Source of the DNA: Anaerolineales bacterium
Lineage (GTDB): Bacteria > Chloroflexota > Anaerolineae > Anaerolineales > Villigracilaceae
Assembly: GCA_049687655.1 (NCBI GenBank)
Contig: JBAVJG010000018.1
Location: 1-45,405 of the forward strand
DNA: 45,405 bases
Reading direction: 5' to 3'
In this document: positions 1-12,179 of the stretch, one piece after another
Layout: the number at the start of each line of letters is the position of its first letter
Numbering within the stretch: position 1 is the first letter of the stretch
The notes under the pieces: model-generated
Database searches by the model: none
What the model saw: only the letters and a program-made list of their open reading frames with translations
Told to the model about the DNA's origin: nothing
Translations under genes and position numbers: made by a program

Positions 1-99
1 CTTACGAAGTTCGCCAAAGGTTACCGAAAATAAGGGGGCGTGAGTTGCACACCCCCCCTTATTTTCGGGCTTCCTCCGTATTTTTGCGTAAGTCTTGAA
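1..99 (+). repeat. Structured intergenic repeat, long copy (may be cut by the window edge)
   Basis: The 47-nt core at 53..99 matches 34268..34314 at 44 of 47 positions in the same orientation. It contains a perfect 15-bp hairpin (24..38 with 54..68) and outer arms cttacg 1..6 and cgtaag 87..92. Confidence 0.75.
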
Positions 100-164
100 G
101 TAGTTTTTTGTCGGCTGCGTTTGCATATCATTTATATGAAATTTGTATGACATAAATATAAAAA

Positions 165-209
165 ACTTGACATTCCCTCTAAAGTTCACTATGCTTGATA
201 TAGTCAAGT
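165..209 (+). promoter_or_regulatory. Candidate sodN promoter with flanking 7-bp inverted repeat
   Basis: TTGACA at 167..172, a 17-nt spacer, then TATGCT at 190..195. An alternative extended -10 is TGATATAGT at 196..204. The inverted repeat ACTTGAC 165..171 / GTCAAGT 203..209 brackets the promoter. The AGGAGG RBS is at 226..231. Confidence 0.45.
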
Positions 210-237
210 AGAAACCAAACAAATCCAGGAGGATCAA

Positions 238-729
238 ATGATTTATCAATTTCTAAGCAAGCTGGACAATAGATTCCACTTCGAACAGGCACAGGCGCAT
301 TGCGATATTCCCTGCGGCATCTACGACCCCATCTCCGCCCAAATCGATGCGCTGACCGTGGTCCGTATGATGGATCTGATGTCCGAACTGGCCAGCGGCG
401 AAGATAAAGATAACGTCGCCTTCCACAATAGCATGGAACGCTACATCTCCGTCAAGGAAGAACATGCCGAAAAAGCCAAGAATGAAATCCGCGTCATCTG
501 GGGCGATTACTTCAAAAAAGACAAACACCCCAACGTCGATGATCTTGTTCACAGGATTATGCAATTAGGCTCCAAAGTTCGCCAGACCGCTGATCGCGAA
601 GCCGGTCTCGCCTTTGTAGACGCAATTAACGAGTTTGCTGAAACTTTCTGGCAGACCAAGGATGTGAAGACCAAGAGAGCAAAGGCGCCCTACGCCCCGG
701 CGCTCGAAATGGTCTATCCCGATCTCTAA
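238..729 (+). CDS. sodN: Nickel superoxide dismutase precursor
   Basis: A 20-aa leader is followed by HCDIPCGIYDP, the Ni-hook motif (H-C-x-x-P-C-G-x-Y) that forms the mature N-terminus of NiSOD. The length of about 160 aa is typical. A strong RBS is present. Confidence 0.9.
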   Translation: MIYQFLSKLDNRFHFEQAQAHCDIPCGIYDPISAQIDALTVVRMMDLMSELASGEDKDNVAFHNSMERYISVKEEHAEKAKNEIRVIWGDYFKKDKHPNVDDLVHRIMQLGSKVRQTADREAGLAFVDAINEFAETFWQTKDVKTKRAKAPYAPALEMVYPDL

Positions 730-742
730 ATCAACAACCAAT

Positions 743-806
743 CTTGCGAAGGCCCTGTCCTGAGGACGAATGCCCGAATGGTCTGGCCTTCGCAAGGTTT
801 GTTTTT
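743..806 (+). terminator. Intrinsic terminator or attenuator between sodN and sodX
   Basis: Perfect 12-bp stem, cttgcgaaggcc 743..754 with ggccttcgcaag 785..796, followed by the T-rich gtttgttttt. Confidence 0.6.
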
Positions 807-810
807 AGGT

Positions 811-1107
811 ATGTTCCGCATTCTCAAAGTCACCGGCGACTCCATGTCACCTGACTTTCAAGAAGGGGATTTTGTGGCCCTCGCTACAGCCCGCTTCTTT
901 TTGAATCGCCTCAAAATTGGGGACATTATCATCTTCGATCACAAATTCTATGGGACGCTGATCAAACGCATCGCTTCATTCGACCCTGAAACTGCTGAGG
1001 CCTACGTGGAAGGGACCCGCCCAGACAGCCTCGACAGCCGCCGTCTGGGCAGCATTCACCGCGACGCCATCCGGGGGAAAGTCATCGCGCATTTTTCAAA
1101 GCCATAA
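811..1107 (+). CDS. sodX: S24/S26-type signal-peptidase-like protease, NiSOD maturation protease
   Basis: Contains the KVTGDSMSP motif (catalytic Ser of the S24/S26 peptidase fold) and lies immediately downstream of sodN. I chose the ATG at 811, after the hairpin, over the ORF-track start at 778. Confidence 0.8.
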   Translation: MFRILKVTGDSMSPDFQEGDFVALATARFFLNRLKIGDIIIFDHKFYGTLIKRIASFDPETAEAYVEGTRPDSLDSRRLGSIHRDAIRGKVIAHFSKP

Positions 1108-1167
1108 CGTACAAAAGGGATAAGGGGCGAGTACAATAGGCGATATCCTCACTCCGCAGGAGTCACC

Positions 1168-2100
1168 TTGATTGAAGATCGCCCTCGAATCGCCCTGCCT
1201 TTTGCCATTCTCATTGCCATCCTGGCTGTTTCAACAGCCTCCATTTTTATCCGCTTTGCCCAACGGGAAGCGCCCTCGCTGGTCATCGCCGCTATGCGAT
1301 TGACATTCGCCAGCCTGGTGCTTGCCCCTCTGGCTATCAGCCGTCATCGTGAAGAGTTGAGAAGGCTCACGCGAGTTGATTTGCTGCTGGGACTACTCTC
1401 CGGGATTTTTCTGGCGATCCATTTTGCTACCTGGATCTCATCCCTGGAATACACCAGCGTTGCCAGTTCGGTGGTGCTGGTCAGCACTGGTCCACTGTGG
1501 GTGGCCTTGCTATCGCCAATTTTCCTGAAAGAACCGCTCACCCGACCCGTCTTGATCGGTATGCTACTGGCTTTGCTGGGCGGGACAGTCATCGGGCTAG
1601 GCGACTCCTGCCAGATCGATAACGGTCTCGTCTGCCCGTCCTTTTCGCAGTTCGTGCAGGGAAAGGCCTTTCTAGGCAACTTTCTGGCGCTGGCCGGCGC
1701 CTGGACCGTGGCCGGTTACCTGATGATTGGTCGCAGGCTGCGGGCTGGTATGTCACTTATCCCGTATATATTTGTCGTGTATGGCATCGCTGCCATCCTG
1801 CTGCTCATCATTATGTTTGCAGCCGGGCAAAGCCCAACCGGCTACTCTCCCATGTTCTACTTCTGGATACTCCTCCTGGCGCTGGTCCCGCAATTGATCG
1901 GCCACTCGACATATAACTGGGCGCTGCGCTACATGCCCGCCGCTCTGGTTTCAATTACTACCCTGGGTGAACCGATCGGTTCTGCGGTACTGGCTTATTT
2001 CATCCTGCGCGAAATACCCACGTTCCTGACTGTATCTGGGGGTGTTTTAATTTTACTGGGTATATATTTTGCTTCCAGAACGAAGAAAACGGCCCTCTAG
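1168..2100 (+). CDS. EamA/DMT-family permease
   Basis: About ten hydrophobic helices in two repeated halves, typical of the drug/metabolite transporter superfamily. TTG start with AGGAG 5 nt upstream. Confidence 0.7.
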   Translation: MIEDRPRIALPFAILIAILAVSTASIFIRFAQREAPSLVIAAMRLTFASLVLAPLAISRHREELRRLTRVDLLLGLLSGIFLAIHFATWISSLEYTSVASSVVLVSTGPLWVALLSPIFLKEPLTRPVLIGMLLALLGGTVIGLGDSCQIDNGLVCPSFSQFVQGKAFLGNFLALAGAWTVAGYLMIGRRLRAGMSLIPYIFVVYGIAAILLLIIMFAAGQSPTGYSPMFYFWILLLALVPQLIGHSTYNWALRYMPAALVSITTLGEPIGSAVLAYFILREIPTFLTVSGGVLILLGIYFASRTKKTAL

Positions 2101-2281
2101 GATTCTCTGCCGTTAGTCCCGCTGCAGTTCGGCGGGGTGAAAAAGTCCGGATTTGGGGGTGCGAGCGTGGGAACGGCGGAAATTCTCAAAGAACCCTTTT
2201 TCGATACACCTGTAATCAACTCGCCTCTCCGTAAAAATCGCCTATAATTATTGAAACATTACAACTTGAGGGAGGGGTAAG

Positions 2282-3876
2282 ATGCCAACGGATGAAAAAT
2301 CCATTCTAGCAATCGACCTGGGGACTTCGGGACCGAAGGTAGCACTGGTTTCAACACGAGGGGAATTGATCGGCAGCGAGTTCGAAGAGACAAAACTCAT
2401 ACTCCTGTCTAACGGCGGAGCTGAGCAATCGACAACAGATTGGTGGGAGGCGATCACCAAAGCGGTCAAACGTCTGTTGGGAAGAAAGTTGATTTCAAAC
2501 GACGACATTGTCGCTATCGCCATCACCGGTCAATGGTCCGGCACCGTACCGGTGGATCAGGATGGCAACGCACTTTCAAATGCCATCATCTGGATGGATG
2601 CGCGCGGCGCGCCATTTATCAAGCAAATTTCTAAAGGGGCGCTAAATGTCGAAGGATATGCTCCCGGCAAACTGTACAAATGGCTGCATCTGACCGGCGG
2701 CGTCCCGGGGCTGGCGGGGAAAGACTCAATTGCACATATCCTGTATCTGAAACACGCACACCCGGATATCTATCAGCGCACGTACAAATTCCTGGAGCCG
2801 GTCGATTACATCGGCCTCCGGCTGACCGGACAAATGGCCGGGTCCTACAATTCGATCATCCTGTACTGGCTGACCGACAACCGGAACATCAACGGGATTA
2901 CCTACAACGATTCCCTCATCAAAATCTCCACAGTCGAGCCTGCGAAACTCCCCGCCCTGCAGCCTGCTAACTCGATCCTTGGGCAGTTACAGCCTGACAT
3001 CGCCCGGGAGTGGGGCTTGCGGGAAGATGTCCGGGTGTTGATGGGCTCTCCGGATATCCACTCCGCAGCTGTCGGGTCCGGCGCGGTGCGGGATTACGAA
3101 CCACATCTGTACATCGGAACATCCTCCTGGTTAACCTGTCACGTTCCGTTTAAAAAGACCGATTTGTTCCATAACCTGGCTGCCCTGCCCTCGGCCATCC
3201 CAGGCCGCTACCTGCTGACCGATGAACAGGAGACCGCCGGCGCTTGTCTGCAATTCCTGCGAGATAACCTGATCTTTCATCAAGATGAGTTATCGAACGG
3301 CAAAAAACCCGAGAACGCATACGAGCTATTCGACCAGATCGCCGAACGCACACCGGCAGGCAGTGAAGGTCTGATCTTCACACCCTGGCTGTACGGTGAG
3401 CGGACGCCTGTGGACGACCATCTCGTACGCGGCGGATTCTTTAACCAGTCGCTTAATACAAACCGTGAACATATGATACGGGCCGTGTTCGAGGGGGTAG
3501 CCTACAACTCGCGTTGGCTGCTCAAATATGTAGAGATCTTTATCAAGCGGCCAGTGCAGGCAATCAACTTTGTTGGCGGCGGTGCAAAGTCAGACATCTG
3601 GTGCCAGATCCATGCCGATATTCTGAACCGGCCAATCCAGCAGATGAAAGACCCGATTGAAGTCAATGTGCGCGGGGCGGCTCTGCTGGCATCCGCTGCG
3701 CTCGGATACATAAGCTATGAAGATATCGCAAGCCAAGTGGAGGTTGCAAATACTTATCAACCAAATCCCGATCACCGCAAGCTGTACGATGATATGTTTG
3801 AGGAGTTTATTGCCATTTACAAGAACAATAAGAAAACCTATTCGCGCCTGAATCGCGCCCGCAATGGAGAACCTGC

Positions 3877-3880
<4 letters not shown>
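2282..3880 (+). CDS. FGGY-family carbohydrate kinase
   Basis: N-terminal [10 protein letters not shown] phosphate-1 motif, 532 aa, and a C-terminal GGGAKS motif typical of xylulokinase or glycerol-kinase-like FGGY kinases. Confidence 0.8.
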
Positions 3881-5379
<1,499 letters not shown>

Positions 5380-5401
5380 AAGATTGACAAAGATTACATG
5401 A

Positions 5402-5427
5402 AGCCGCCCGGGCGGGCGGCTCTTTTT
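5402..5427 (+). terminator. Rho-independent terminator
   Basis: 8-bp GC-rich stem, agccgccc 5402..5409 with gggcggct 5414..5421, followed by cttttta. It lies between convergent genes. Confidence 0.8.
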
Positions 5428-5460
5428 ATTTGCTCTGATCTTGTGATCTTCGCTAAAGCT

Positions 5461-6636
5461 TCATGTTGTTTCAACTGGCAACGAGACAATTCCAATCAAC
5501 CCGAAGAGAGAAAGTATGGCACTCCACAAAAAAGCAGCGCGCAAACCAAATGCGTCTCCTGCCACTCCTACTAAAAGCATTGCCAGTGAACGTAACAGGA
5601 AGTTCATTGAAATATAAAGTCCATTACTAACCGCGCGGTTCTCAGGAAAATGGTCTTGGATTAAAGCCAGGAAAACCGGGCCAGGTGAGATGCTCACAAA
5701 TCCATACAGCAACAGCACCGGCACCAACAGCCAGCCGGAAACGTTCAGGAAGGCGATCATCAGCAGAGGAGCCAGTACCGTAACAACCAATAAAACGGAC
5801 TTGCGTCCCAACCTGTCACTGATCGTGCCGCCCGACAAAGCCCCGATCACGCCGGCAAACTCCAGAATTGAGAGGGAAGCCCCAGCCAAGAACAAGGTAG
5901 AGCCGTTCATCTTCATAAAAGTCGGCAGATAGGTGGTCATGCATACCACCATAAACATGCGAAAAAATGAGACAACCAACAGTGGCAGGAACAATGTGCG
6001 CAACTTTGGCAGGATGCTCTGCAGGCTACCCTGCTTCCGCGCGCTGACCGGAATATCTCGTAAGCGCCAGAAAAGGACTGCAGACATCCCCCAACCGATC
6101 ACCACAACACGGAACATACCTTCCAGAGCCCAGGTAGAGGCAGCCCAAACTGCAATAAGCGGTCCAATTGTGCGAGCAAGCTCGCCGCCGGCCATGAACC
6201 AGCTCATGCCCTTTCCCACGCGAGGACCGGATATCTGGCCGACCATGGCCGGGGCGGGCGCATGGAAGAATGCCACACTGATCCCGGCTATCGTCAGGAT
6301 CAAAGCCAAAACCCAAAATCCGGGTGCCACACCCATGATACTCATCATTGTGGCCGTCAATGCGGGAGCAATAATGACCAGATAACGCAGGTTATATTTA
6401 TCGGCAAAATGACCGATAATGGGTGTCAGAATGGCCGGGAACTGCAAAAAGGCGGTCAACGAGCCAGCCAGCGTTAAGCTCAGGGACATTTTTTCGATCA
6501 ATAAGGGCAGCAAAGGTGCCAGGAAGGCCGAGTATACATCATGCACAAAATGCCCGCCGGCGATGGTTAATACTTGCTCGGTTTGAAATTCATCTTTTTC
6601 GATTGTGTTTTCAAGGGGTAAATTTTGAACTGTCAT
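5461..6636 (-). CDS. MFS transporter
   Basis: 391 aa with about 12 predicted helices and a DRLGRK loop motif typical of the major facilitator superfamily. Confidence 0.75.
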   Translation of the reverse strand: MTVQNLPLENTIEKDEFQTEQVLTIAGGHFVHDVYSAFLAPLLPLLIEKMSLSLTLAGSLTAFLQFPAILTPIIGHFADKYNLRYLVIIAPALTATMMSIMGVAPGFWVLALILTIAGISVAFFHAPAPAMVGQISGPRVGKGMSWFMAGGELARTIGPLIAVWAASTWALEGMFRVVVIGWGMSAVLFWRLRDIPVSARKQGSLQSILPKLRTLFLPLLVVSFFRMFMVVCMTTYLPTFMKMNGSTLFLAGASLSILEFAGVIGALSGGTISDRLGRKSVLLVVTVLAPLLMIAFLNVSGWLLVPVLLLYGFVSISPGPVFLALIQDHFPENRAVSNGLYISMNFLLRSLAMLLVGVAGDAFGLRAAFLWSAILSLFGLIGIVSLPVETT

Positions 6637-6721
6637 GATAGCCCTTTGACTTCAATATATTTTGGTTCTCCACCCTCAAATCCGGGTATCTACCAAGGAA
6701 ATTCCCGATGAGCCTATATTT

Positions 6722-8227
6722 TTATCTCCGATAGAGATAGTTCAATTCACGCAATCTGTCCTGCAATTCCTGATTCAACTCGTCCTCGGACAAACGCCAG
6801 CTCCAATTACCGCCCAGCTTGCTGGGAAAGTTCATACGCGCTTCGGTACCCAGACCAAGCAGGTCTTGCATGGGCGCGATGGCATAGACAGCTACCGAAG
6901 CCCACCCGGCGCGCATCAACTCCCAGGCAAATCCTCTACCATCCGTATCCAGATAACGGCGGGCGTAATCGCGCTCGTACTCAGGCGCCGATTCGTACCA
7001 GCCGCGGGCTGTGTCGTTGTCGTGCGTGCCAGTGTAGGTCACACAATGATCAGGATAGTTGTGAGGCAAAAATTCGTTGTCCGGACCGGAAAATGCGAAT
7101 TGCAATATTTTCATCCCGGGCAGGTTGAATTGGTCGCGTAATTCGATTACATCCGGTGTGATCTCGCCCAGGTCTTCTGCGATGATAGGCAGGTCTGCGC
7201 CAACTGCCGTTGAATCATCGCCCAGGGCAGATTTGACCGTTAAGAGAAATTCCTCTCCAGGGCCGGGAACCCAGCGTCCGGATTCAGCTGTTTTGCTACC
7301 CGCCGGAATCTCCCAGTAGCCAGCAAAGCCTCGGAAGTGATCCAGGCGGATGGTGTCTACCTGTGCAAGAATGGCGCGGAACCGCGCGATCCACCAGTCA
7401 TACTCTCTGCCCTTGAGCACGTTCCAACGGTACAGTGGATTCCCCCATAACTGACCGGTTTCGGAAAAGTAATCTGGCGGGACACCGGCCACCACACTCG
7501 GCTGACCGGCTTCGTCCAGATAAAATAACTCGGGATTAGCCCACACATCCGCGCTATCGTAAGCGACAAAGATGGGAATGTCCCCGATGATTTGCATGCC
7601 GCGCTGATGGGCATGTTCGCGTACAGCTGACCACTGACGGAAGAACACGAACTGGTAGAACGTGAAACGTTCAACCGCATCAGCAAGACGTTTGCCTGCT
7701 TCGGTCAAAGCGTCCGAATCGCGTTTCCGCAGCGGTTCCGGCCATTCACCCCAGGCGCCACCCCCGTTGGCTTCTTTGAGAGCCATGAACAGGGCATAGT
7801 CCGGGAGCCAGGAGACGTTTTCAGCACAGAACCGGTCATATTCCTGGCGAACAGGTTTGGGAGCGGATTTGAAGCGGATAAAAGCCCGTTCGAGCAGATT
7901 CAACTTCCAGGGGATGATCCGCCCATAATCCACTGAGTCATCCGAAAAGTCCGGCACTTCGATCAAATCATCCGGATGTAGAAAATCGTCGCGCAAGAGA
8001 TAGTCGGGGCTGATCAGGTAGGGATTGCCTGCAAAAGCGGAGAAACACTGGTAAGGCGAATCGCCATAACCGGTTGGGCCGAGAGGCAATATCTGCCAGA
8101 GTTTGCAACCCGAATCCGCAAGCCAATCGATGAAACGAAAGGCAGACGGGCCAAGATCGCCTATGCCGTAAGGGCCAGGCAGGCTGGTGGGGTGCAGAAG
8201 CACCCCAGATGCACGTTCAAATTTCAT
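6722..8227 (-). CDS. malQ: 4-alpha-glucanotransferase (amylomaltase)
   Basis: GVLLHPTSLPGPYGIGDLG at the N-terminus, plus GDIPIFV and TGTHDNDT motifs of GH77. The start is moved to the ATG at 8227 (MKFERASG), because the longer ORF-track start lies inside glgC. Confidence 0.9.
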   Translation of the reverse strand: MKFERASGVLLHPTSLPGPYGIGDLGPSAFRFIDWLADSGCKLWQILPLGPTGYGDSPYQCFSAFAGNPYLISPDYLLRDDFLHPDDLIEVPDFSDDSVDYGRIIPWKLNLLERAFIRFKSAPKPVRQEYDRFCAENVSWLPDYALFMALKEANGGGAWGEWPEPLRKRDSDALTEAGKRLADAVERFTFYQFVFFRQWSAVREHAHQRGMQIIGDIPIFVAYDSADVWANPELFYLDEAGQPSVVAGVPPDYFSETGQLWGNPLYRWNVLKGREYDWWIARFRAILAQVDTIRLDHFRGFAGYWEIPAGSKTAESGRWVPGPGEEFLLTVKSALGDDSTAVGADLPIIAEDLGEITPDVIELRDQFNLPGMKILQFAFSGPDNEFLPHNYPDHCVTYTGTHDNDTARGWYESAPEYERDYARRYLDTDGRGFAWELMRAGWASVAVYAIAPMQDLLGLGTEARMNFPSKLGGNWSWRLSEDELNQELQDRLRELNYLYRR

Positions 8228-9479
8228 AGGGCTGACGTTTGGTTTGTATGAATTGGTCTGGCTTGATATGCAGGTTCTCAAAATCTTCGGGGACAACATC
8301 AGGGCCAATCTCAGCACCGGGCTCTACTACAAGTCCATTTGGCAGAGTCGCGTTTTTGCCCACCAGCGCGAGTTTTATATCAGGTTGGTGTACTCCACCC
8401 CCAATGTGCACATTATGTCCGACATGCACGCGCTTATCAAGAATGGTGCGTTCGACTACAGATCCATTCTCTACAATGCAATCTGTTAATAAGATAGACT
8501 CGCGAACAATCGCCCCCGGTCGAACGATGACACCCGGTGAAAGCACACTGCTCTCCACGCGGGCACCAGATTCGATAAAACAACCGTCTGTGATCATGCT
8601 GGCAAACACGCTGCTTTCGTCCGGGAATCTGACAGGAGGTCTTTCTTCCGTACGGGTATGGATCACCCAGCGGCGGTCATACAGCTTGAGTGGCGGGTTA
8701 GGAGAAAGTAAGTCCAGGTGCGCTTGCCAGTAGGAACTGATCGTCCCGACGTCCATCCAATAACCGGTATACGGGAAGGCAAAAACGCGTGCTTTCGATT
8801 TAATCAAACGAGGCAAGATATCCTTACCAAAATCATGCGAAGACCCTTCGCGTCGATGGTCTTCCAATAACATTCGATCTAGCAATTCGCGGTTGAAGAG
8901 GTAGACACCCATATTCGCCAAAGTAGCCGGTGGTTTGGCGGGCTTTTCGACATAGGAAGTGATCCGGTATGAATTGTCTGTAGCCAGAATCCCAAAACGG
9001 GAGGCCTCTTCCAATGGGACCGTAATCGTGGCAACGGTCAGATCAGCCTGATGGTCCCGGTGGAAAGCAATTAAGGCATCATAATCCATCGTGTAAATAT
9101 GATCACCAGATAAAATTAATATCAGATCAGGGGAGCCTTGTTTAATAAACGAAAAATTTTGTTGAACCGCATCAGCCGTGCCAAGATACCAGTCCGAATT
9201 TCTGCGCGCCTTGTAAGGCGTTAGAATCTTGATACCTCCGGTAAAGTCACGGTTTAAATCCCAGGGCGCACCAGATCCAATGTGTTCAATCAAAGATTGC
9301 GGGCGATATTGTGCCAGTACCACAATATCAAAAAGCCCTGAGTTTACACAGTTTGACAGAGCAAAATCAATGATACGATATTTGCCAGCAAATGGAACGG
9401 CGGGTTTGGTTCGCTTGGCAGTTAGGGACCTCAAACGAGATCCTTCTCCCCCGGCGAGAATGACAGCGCGTGTTTTCAT
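8217..9479 (-). CDS. glgC: Glucose-1-phosphate adenylyltransferase
   Basis: AVILAGGEGSRLRSLTAKRTKPAVPFAGKYRIIDFALSNCVNSG is the canonical ADP-glucose pyrophosphorylase N-terminus. A left-handed beta-helix C-terminal region follows. Confidence 0.92.
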   Translation of the reverse strand: MKTRAVILAGGEGSRLRSLTAKRTKPAVPFAGKYRIIDFALSNCVNSGLFDIVVLAQYRPQSLIEHIGSGAPWDLNRDFTGGIKILTPYKARRNSDWYLGTADAVQQNFSFIKQGSPDLILILSGDHIYTMDYDALIAFHRDHQADLTVATITVPLEEASRFGILATDNSYRITSYVEKPAKPPATLANMGVYLFNRELLDRMLLEDHRREGSSHDFGKDILPRLIKSKARVFAFPYTGYWMDVGTISSYWQAHLDLLSPNPPLKLYDRRWVIHTRTEERPPVRFPDESSVFASMITDGCFIESGARVESSVLSPGVIVRPGAIVRESILLTDCIVENGSVVERTILDKRVHVGHNVHIGGGVHQPDIKLALVGKNATLPNGLVVEPGAEIGPDVVPEDFENLHIKPDQFIQTKRQPYEI

Positions 9480-9491
9480 AGAAAAACCCCT

Positions 9492-10949
9492 TTAGGTACG
9501 GGTAGTAACTCGAGTAGTGATCAGGCGTCGGTAAAGTTCAAAATATTTCAGAGCAGACTTTGTCCAGGAAAAATCCTGGCTCATGCCATTTTGCTGTAAT
9601 GTTATCCAGTCTTCTTTGCTCTTGTACGATTTCAATGCACGTTTGACAGCGGCAACAAAATCCTTCACTGTAGGTTTGATAAAGACAAAACCGGTCTCGC
9701 CGTCTGTGACAGTATCATGCAGACCGCCAACAGCACGTACTACTGGTACGCAGCCATAACGCATGGCGATCATCTGCGAGAGCCCGCAGGGTTCGTATCT
9801 GGAGGGCATCAGGAATATATCCGAACCGGCGTAAATCATCCGGGCCAGTTTGGCATCGTATTTGGCCTCGATGCGCACTCGCTCTGGAAAATCCTCGGCC
9901 AGCTTGCGCGCCGACTCTTCCAGTTTGGGATCACCGGTTCCGAGAATGATTGCCTGCCAGGGAATATTAACCAATTTGCGCAGCCCGTCAATCACCAGGT
10001 CGATGCCCTTTTGTGGTTCCAAACGCGAGACGACGCCCAATAAGGGCACCGACAGATCGGGCGTGAGACCAAGCTGCGTGACAAGAGCAGTCTTGTTGGC
10101 ATCCCGTGCATCCAGGGATTCAGGCGTAAATTGCGCGGCAATGTCTTCATCCGTCGCCGGATTGAAACTGGTCACATCCAGACCATTCAAAATCCCAGAC
10201 AGATTCTCTCGGCGCGTTTTGAGGAATTCTTCCAGGCCGGCGCCATAATCAGGCGAAAGCATCTCATCCGCATAAGTTGGCGAGACGGCTACTATCGCAT
10301 CTGCTGCCCATAAACCCAAGGGCATGGGCTTGAGACGCGCCCAATTGGGCAAGTCGGTCTGTGCCAGTGGAATGTCATAGCTCTCTAGAACCTCGTGAAC
10401 ATCAGGCCCCAAGAAAGGAAGATTATGAACCGAGATGACGGAGGCCGGGCGCGGTTGCCCCTCCTGCCAGTGCTGCACAAGTAAACCATAGGCGGTTAAC
10501 GCCGTATGCCAGTCATTGGCATGGACTACGTCAGGATGCCAAGCTAATTGTTTGAGCAATCCCAGCGCGGCAAGGGAGAAGAATGTGTACTTTTTGCCAT
10601 CGGTTTCAGGATTGGAAGAATAGACAGAACTGCTGGAATCAATCGGTCCACCACCGATAAAGTAGACTGGCAGGCCATCGCTCGTCATTTCATAAGCTTC
10701 GACAATGACCTCTTCCCCATCGCGTTTCATAGTGAATGGTGCAATAGGACGCAGGGAAACAGCTTTTGAGCGCAAAACCGGATGGAATGGCATTACCAAG
10801 CGGACGTCTACATCGATATCACCCGTCAGCTCGGGTGAAAGGGCTCTCAGAGCGCGCGGCAATGATCCGGCGACATCCCCCAGACCACCAATCTTGACAA
10901 ATGGATCGGCTTCCGCAGCAAGGAAAAGAACTTTTATTCGTTCCGACAT
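9492..10949 (-). CDS. glgA: Glycogen synthase (ADP-glucose type, GT5)
   Basis: KVLFLAAEADPFVKIGGLGDV is the K-x-G-G-L motif. The length is about 485 aa. I preferred the ATG at 10949 over the GTG at 10955. Confidence 0.9.
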   Translation of the reverse strand: MSERIKVLFLAAEADPFVKIGGLGDVAGSLPRALRALSPELTGDIDVDVRLVMPFHPVLRSKAVSLRPIAPFTMKRDGEEVIVEAYEMTSDGLPVYFIGGGPIDSSSSVYSSNPETDGKKYTFFSLAALGLLKQLAWHPDVVHANDWHTALTAYGLLVQHWQEGQPRPASVISVHNLPFLGPDVHEVLESYDIPLAQTDLPNWARLKPMPLGLWAADAIVAVSPTYADEMLSPDYGAGLEEFLKTRRENLSGILNGLDVTSFNPATDEDIAAQFTPESLDARDANKTALVTQLGLTPDLSVPLLGVVSRLEPQKGIDLVIDGLRKLVNIPWQAIILGTGDPKLEESARKLAEDFPERVRIEAKYDAKLARMIYAGSDIFLMPSRYEPCGLSQMIAMRYGCVPVVRAVGGLHDTVTDGETGFVFIKPTVKDFVAAVKRALKSYKSKEDWITLQQNGMSQDFSWTKSALKYFELYRRLITTRVTTRT

Positions 10950-10985
10950 GTGCACCTATTGTACTTCAAATCAAAGCGATGCTGC

Positions 10986-12050
10986 TCAAGGGTAAAAATC
11001 GAACGTTTGAACATCTGAGTCAATTGTCAATTTTCCTGCATTAATATTCCTTAACGCGAGTTCACTGTTTTCAAGTGTGAGATAGGTTTCTGTATCTATC
11101 CAGCGAACCTCCGAAGAGGAGTCAACTGGAATTTCTTCCGGCGGGCCTCCAATATTTCCCAGATATATAATTTGTGAGTTTTCCGCACCAAAGGCAAATT
11201 GTTTCGAATCAGGCAGCCATCCATGGGCCCGGATATTCTCCCCTGGCGCGCCATAAGGCCTGGTTGCCCCACTGCTGTCCATCAAATAGAGAGACTCTTT
11301 ATCTCCATCCAATTTAGCGACATAGATAATGTAGCCGCCATCCGGTGAGATGTACGGCAAGCTTTCGGTAACCGGCAGCATAGTAAATTTGGCCAGACTT
11401 GCAACAGTGCCGTCTGTGAAGACGAATATTAATTCCGCCTGATCCGTTTCGGTTTGTGGCGGGATGACCGTTTTGAACCCCAACCCATCTGGTGACCAGA
11501 CAACTTCGGGATAATAGCCATCCGGGAGGGTGGGATAAGTTACTACAGTGGTTGAATTTGCATTGTTCAGATCGATTACATCAATGTGGTCTTTCATGGA
11601 AATGGCCAGCAATGATCCATCCGGAGCAAACCAGAGCGCGCTACCTTCCTTATCCAGTCTGCTCAGAAAGCGCGCATCCGTGCCATCCATACGTACCGTC
11701 CAGACTTCGAGTCCGCGCACGAATGCCAACAATTGACCGTCATCAGAGAGGCGTACGGAGGACATATCACCCGTCTCTGTCAGTTGCACACTGCCGCCTG
11801 CCTCCGTCCAGGACCAGAGATTCCCGTCCCGAATATAAACCACCCGCAAGCCTGAAGGGACGGAGATAGTTTGCGCCGGTGTAGACTCTAGTTGAACAAC
11901 CGGGCTTGACTGTGGCGCAGAAGCCGATTCGGGTGTTGATGATGATCCAGCAACAGGAGCAGGCTCAGGCGTAGATCGAGGCGCTGTAGTCCCGCAGGAC
12001 AAAAGTCCGATGAGTAATGTCAAGAAGAATATCGAGAAAGATTTTTTCAT
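10986..12050 (-). CDS. Lipoprotein with PD40/TolB-like beta-propeller repeats
   Basis: The signal peptide ends in the lipobox LLSCG. A Ser/Pro-rich linker follows, then repeated SPDG/DDG blades (LSDDGQLLAFV, FAPDGSLLAIS, WSPDG, ISPDGGYIIYV). Confidence 0.6.
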   Translation of the reverse strand: MKKSFSIFFLTLLIGLLSCGTTAPRSTPEPAPVAGSSSTPESASAPQSSPVVQLESTPAQTISVPSGLRVVYIRDGNLWSWTEAGGSVQLTETGDMSSVRLSDDGQLLAFVRGLEVWTVRMDGTDARFLSRLDKEGSALWFAPDGSLLAISMKDHIDVIDLNNANSTTVVTYPTLPDGYYPEVVWSPDGLGFKTVIPPQTETDQAELIFVFTDGTVASLAKFTMLPVTESLPYISPDGGYIIYVAKLDGDKESLYLMDSSGATRPYGAPGENIRAHGWLPDSKQFAFGAENSQIIYLGNIGGPPEEIPVDSSSEVRWIDTETYLTLENSELALRNINAGKLTIDSDVQTFDFYP

Positions 12051-12179
12051 TTGTCCTTCTTATGATCTGCAATGCATTGTGTTCTGGGGTTGATTCTACC
12101 GTAATCATCCCTGATCTAGAGTATGGTAAACTCATTTGGGGGCTGGAGAAAGCTCCCTAATTCTATAGCGAGGAGATCA

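Noticed and set aside
8228-8317. N-terminal 30-aa extension of malQ given by the ORF track.
   Set aside because: The extension lies inside glgC and is not amylomaltase-like. The ATG at 8227 gives the canonical MKFERASGVLLHPTSLPG start.
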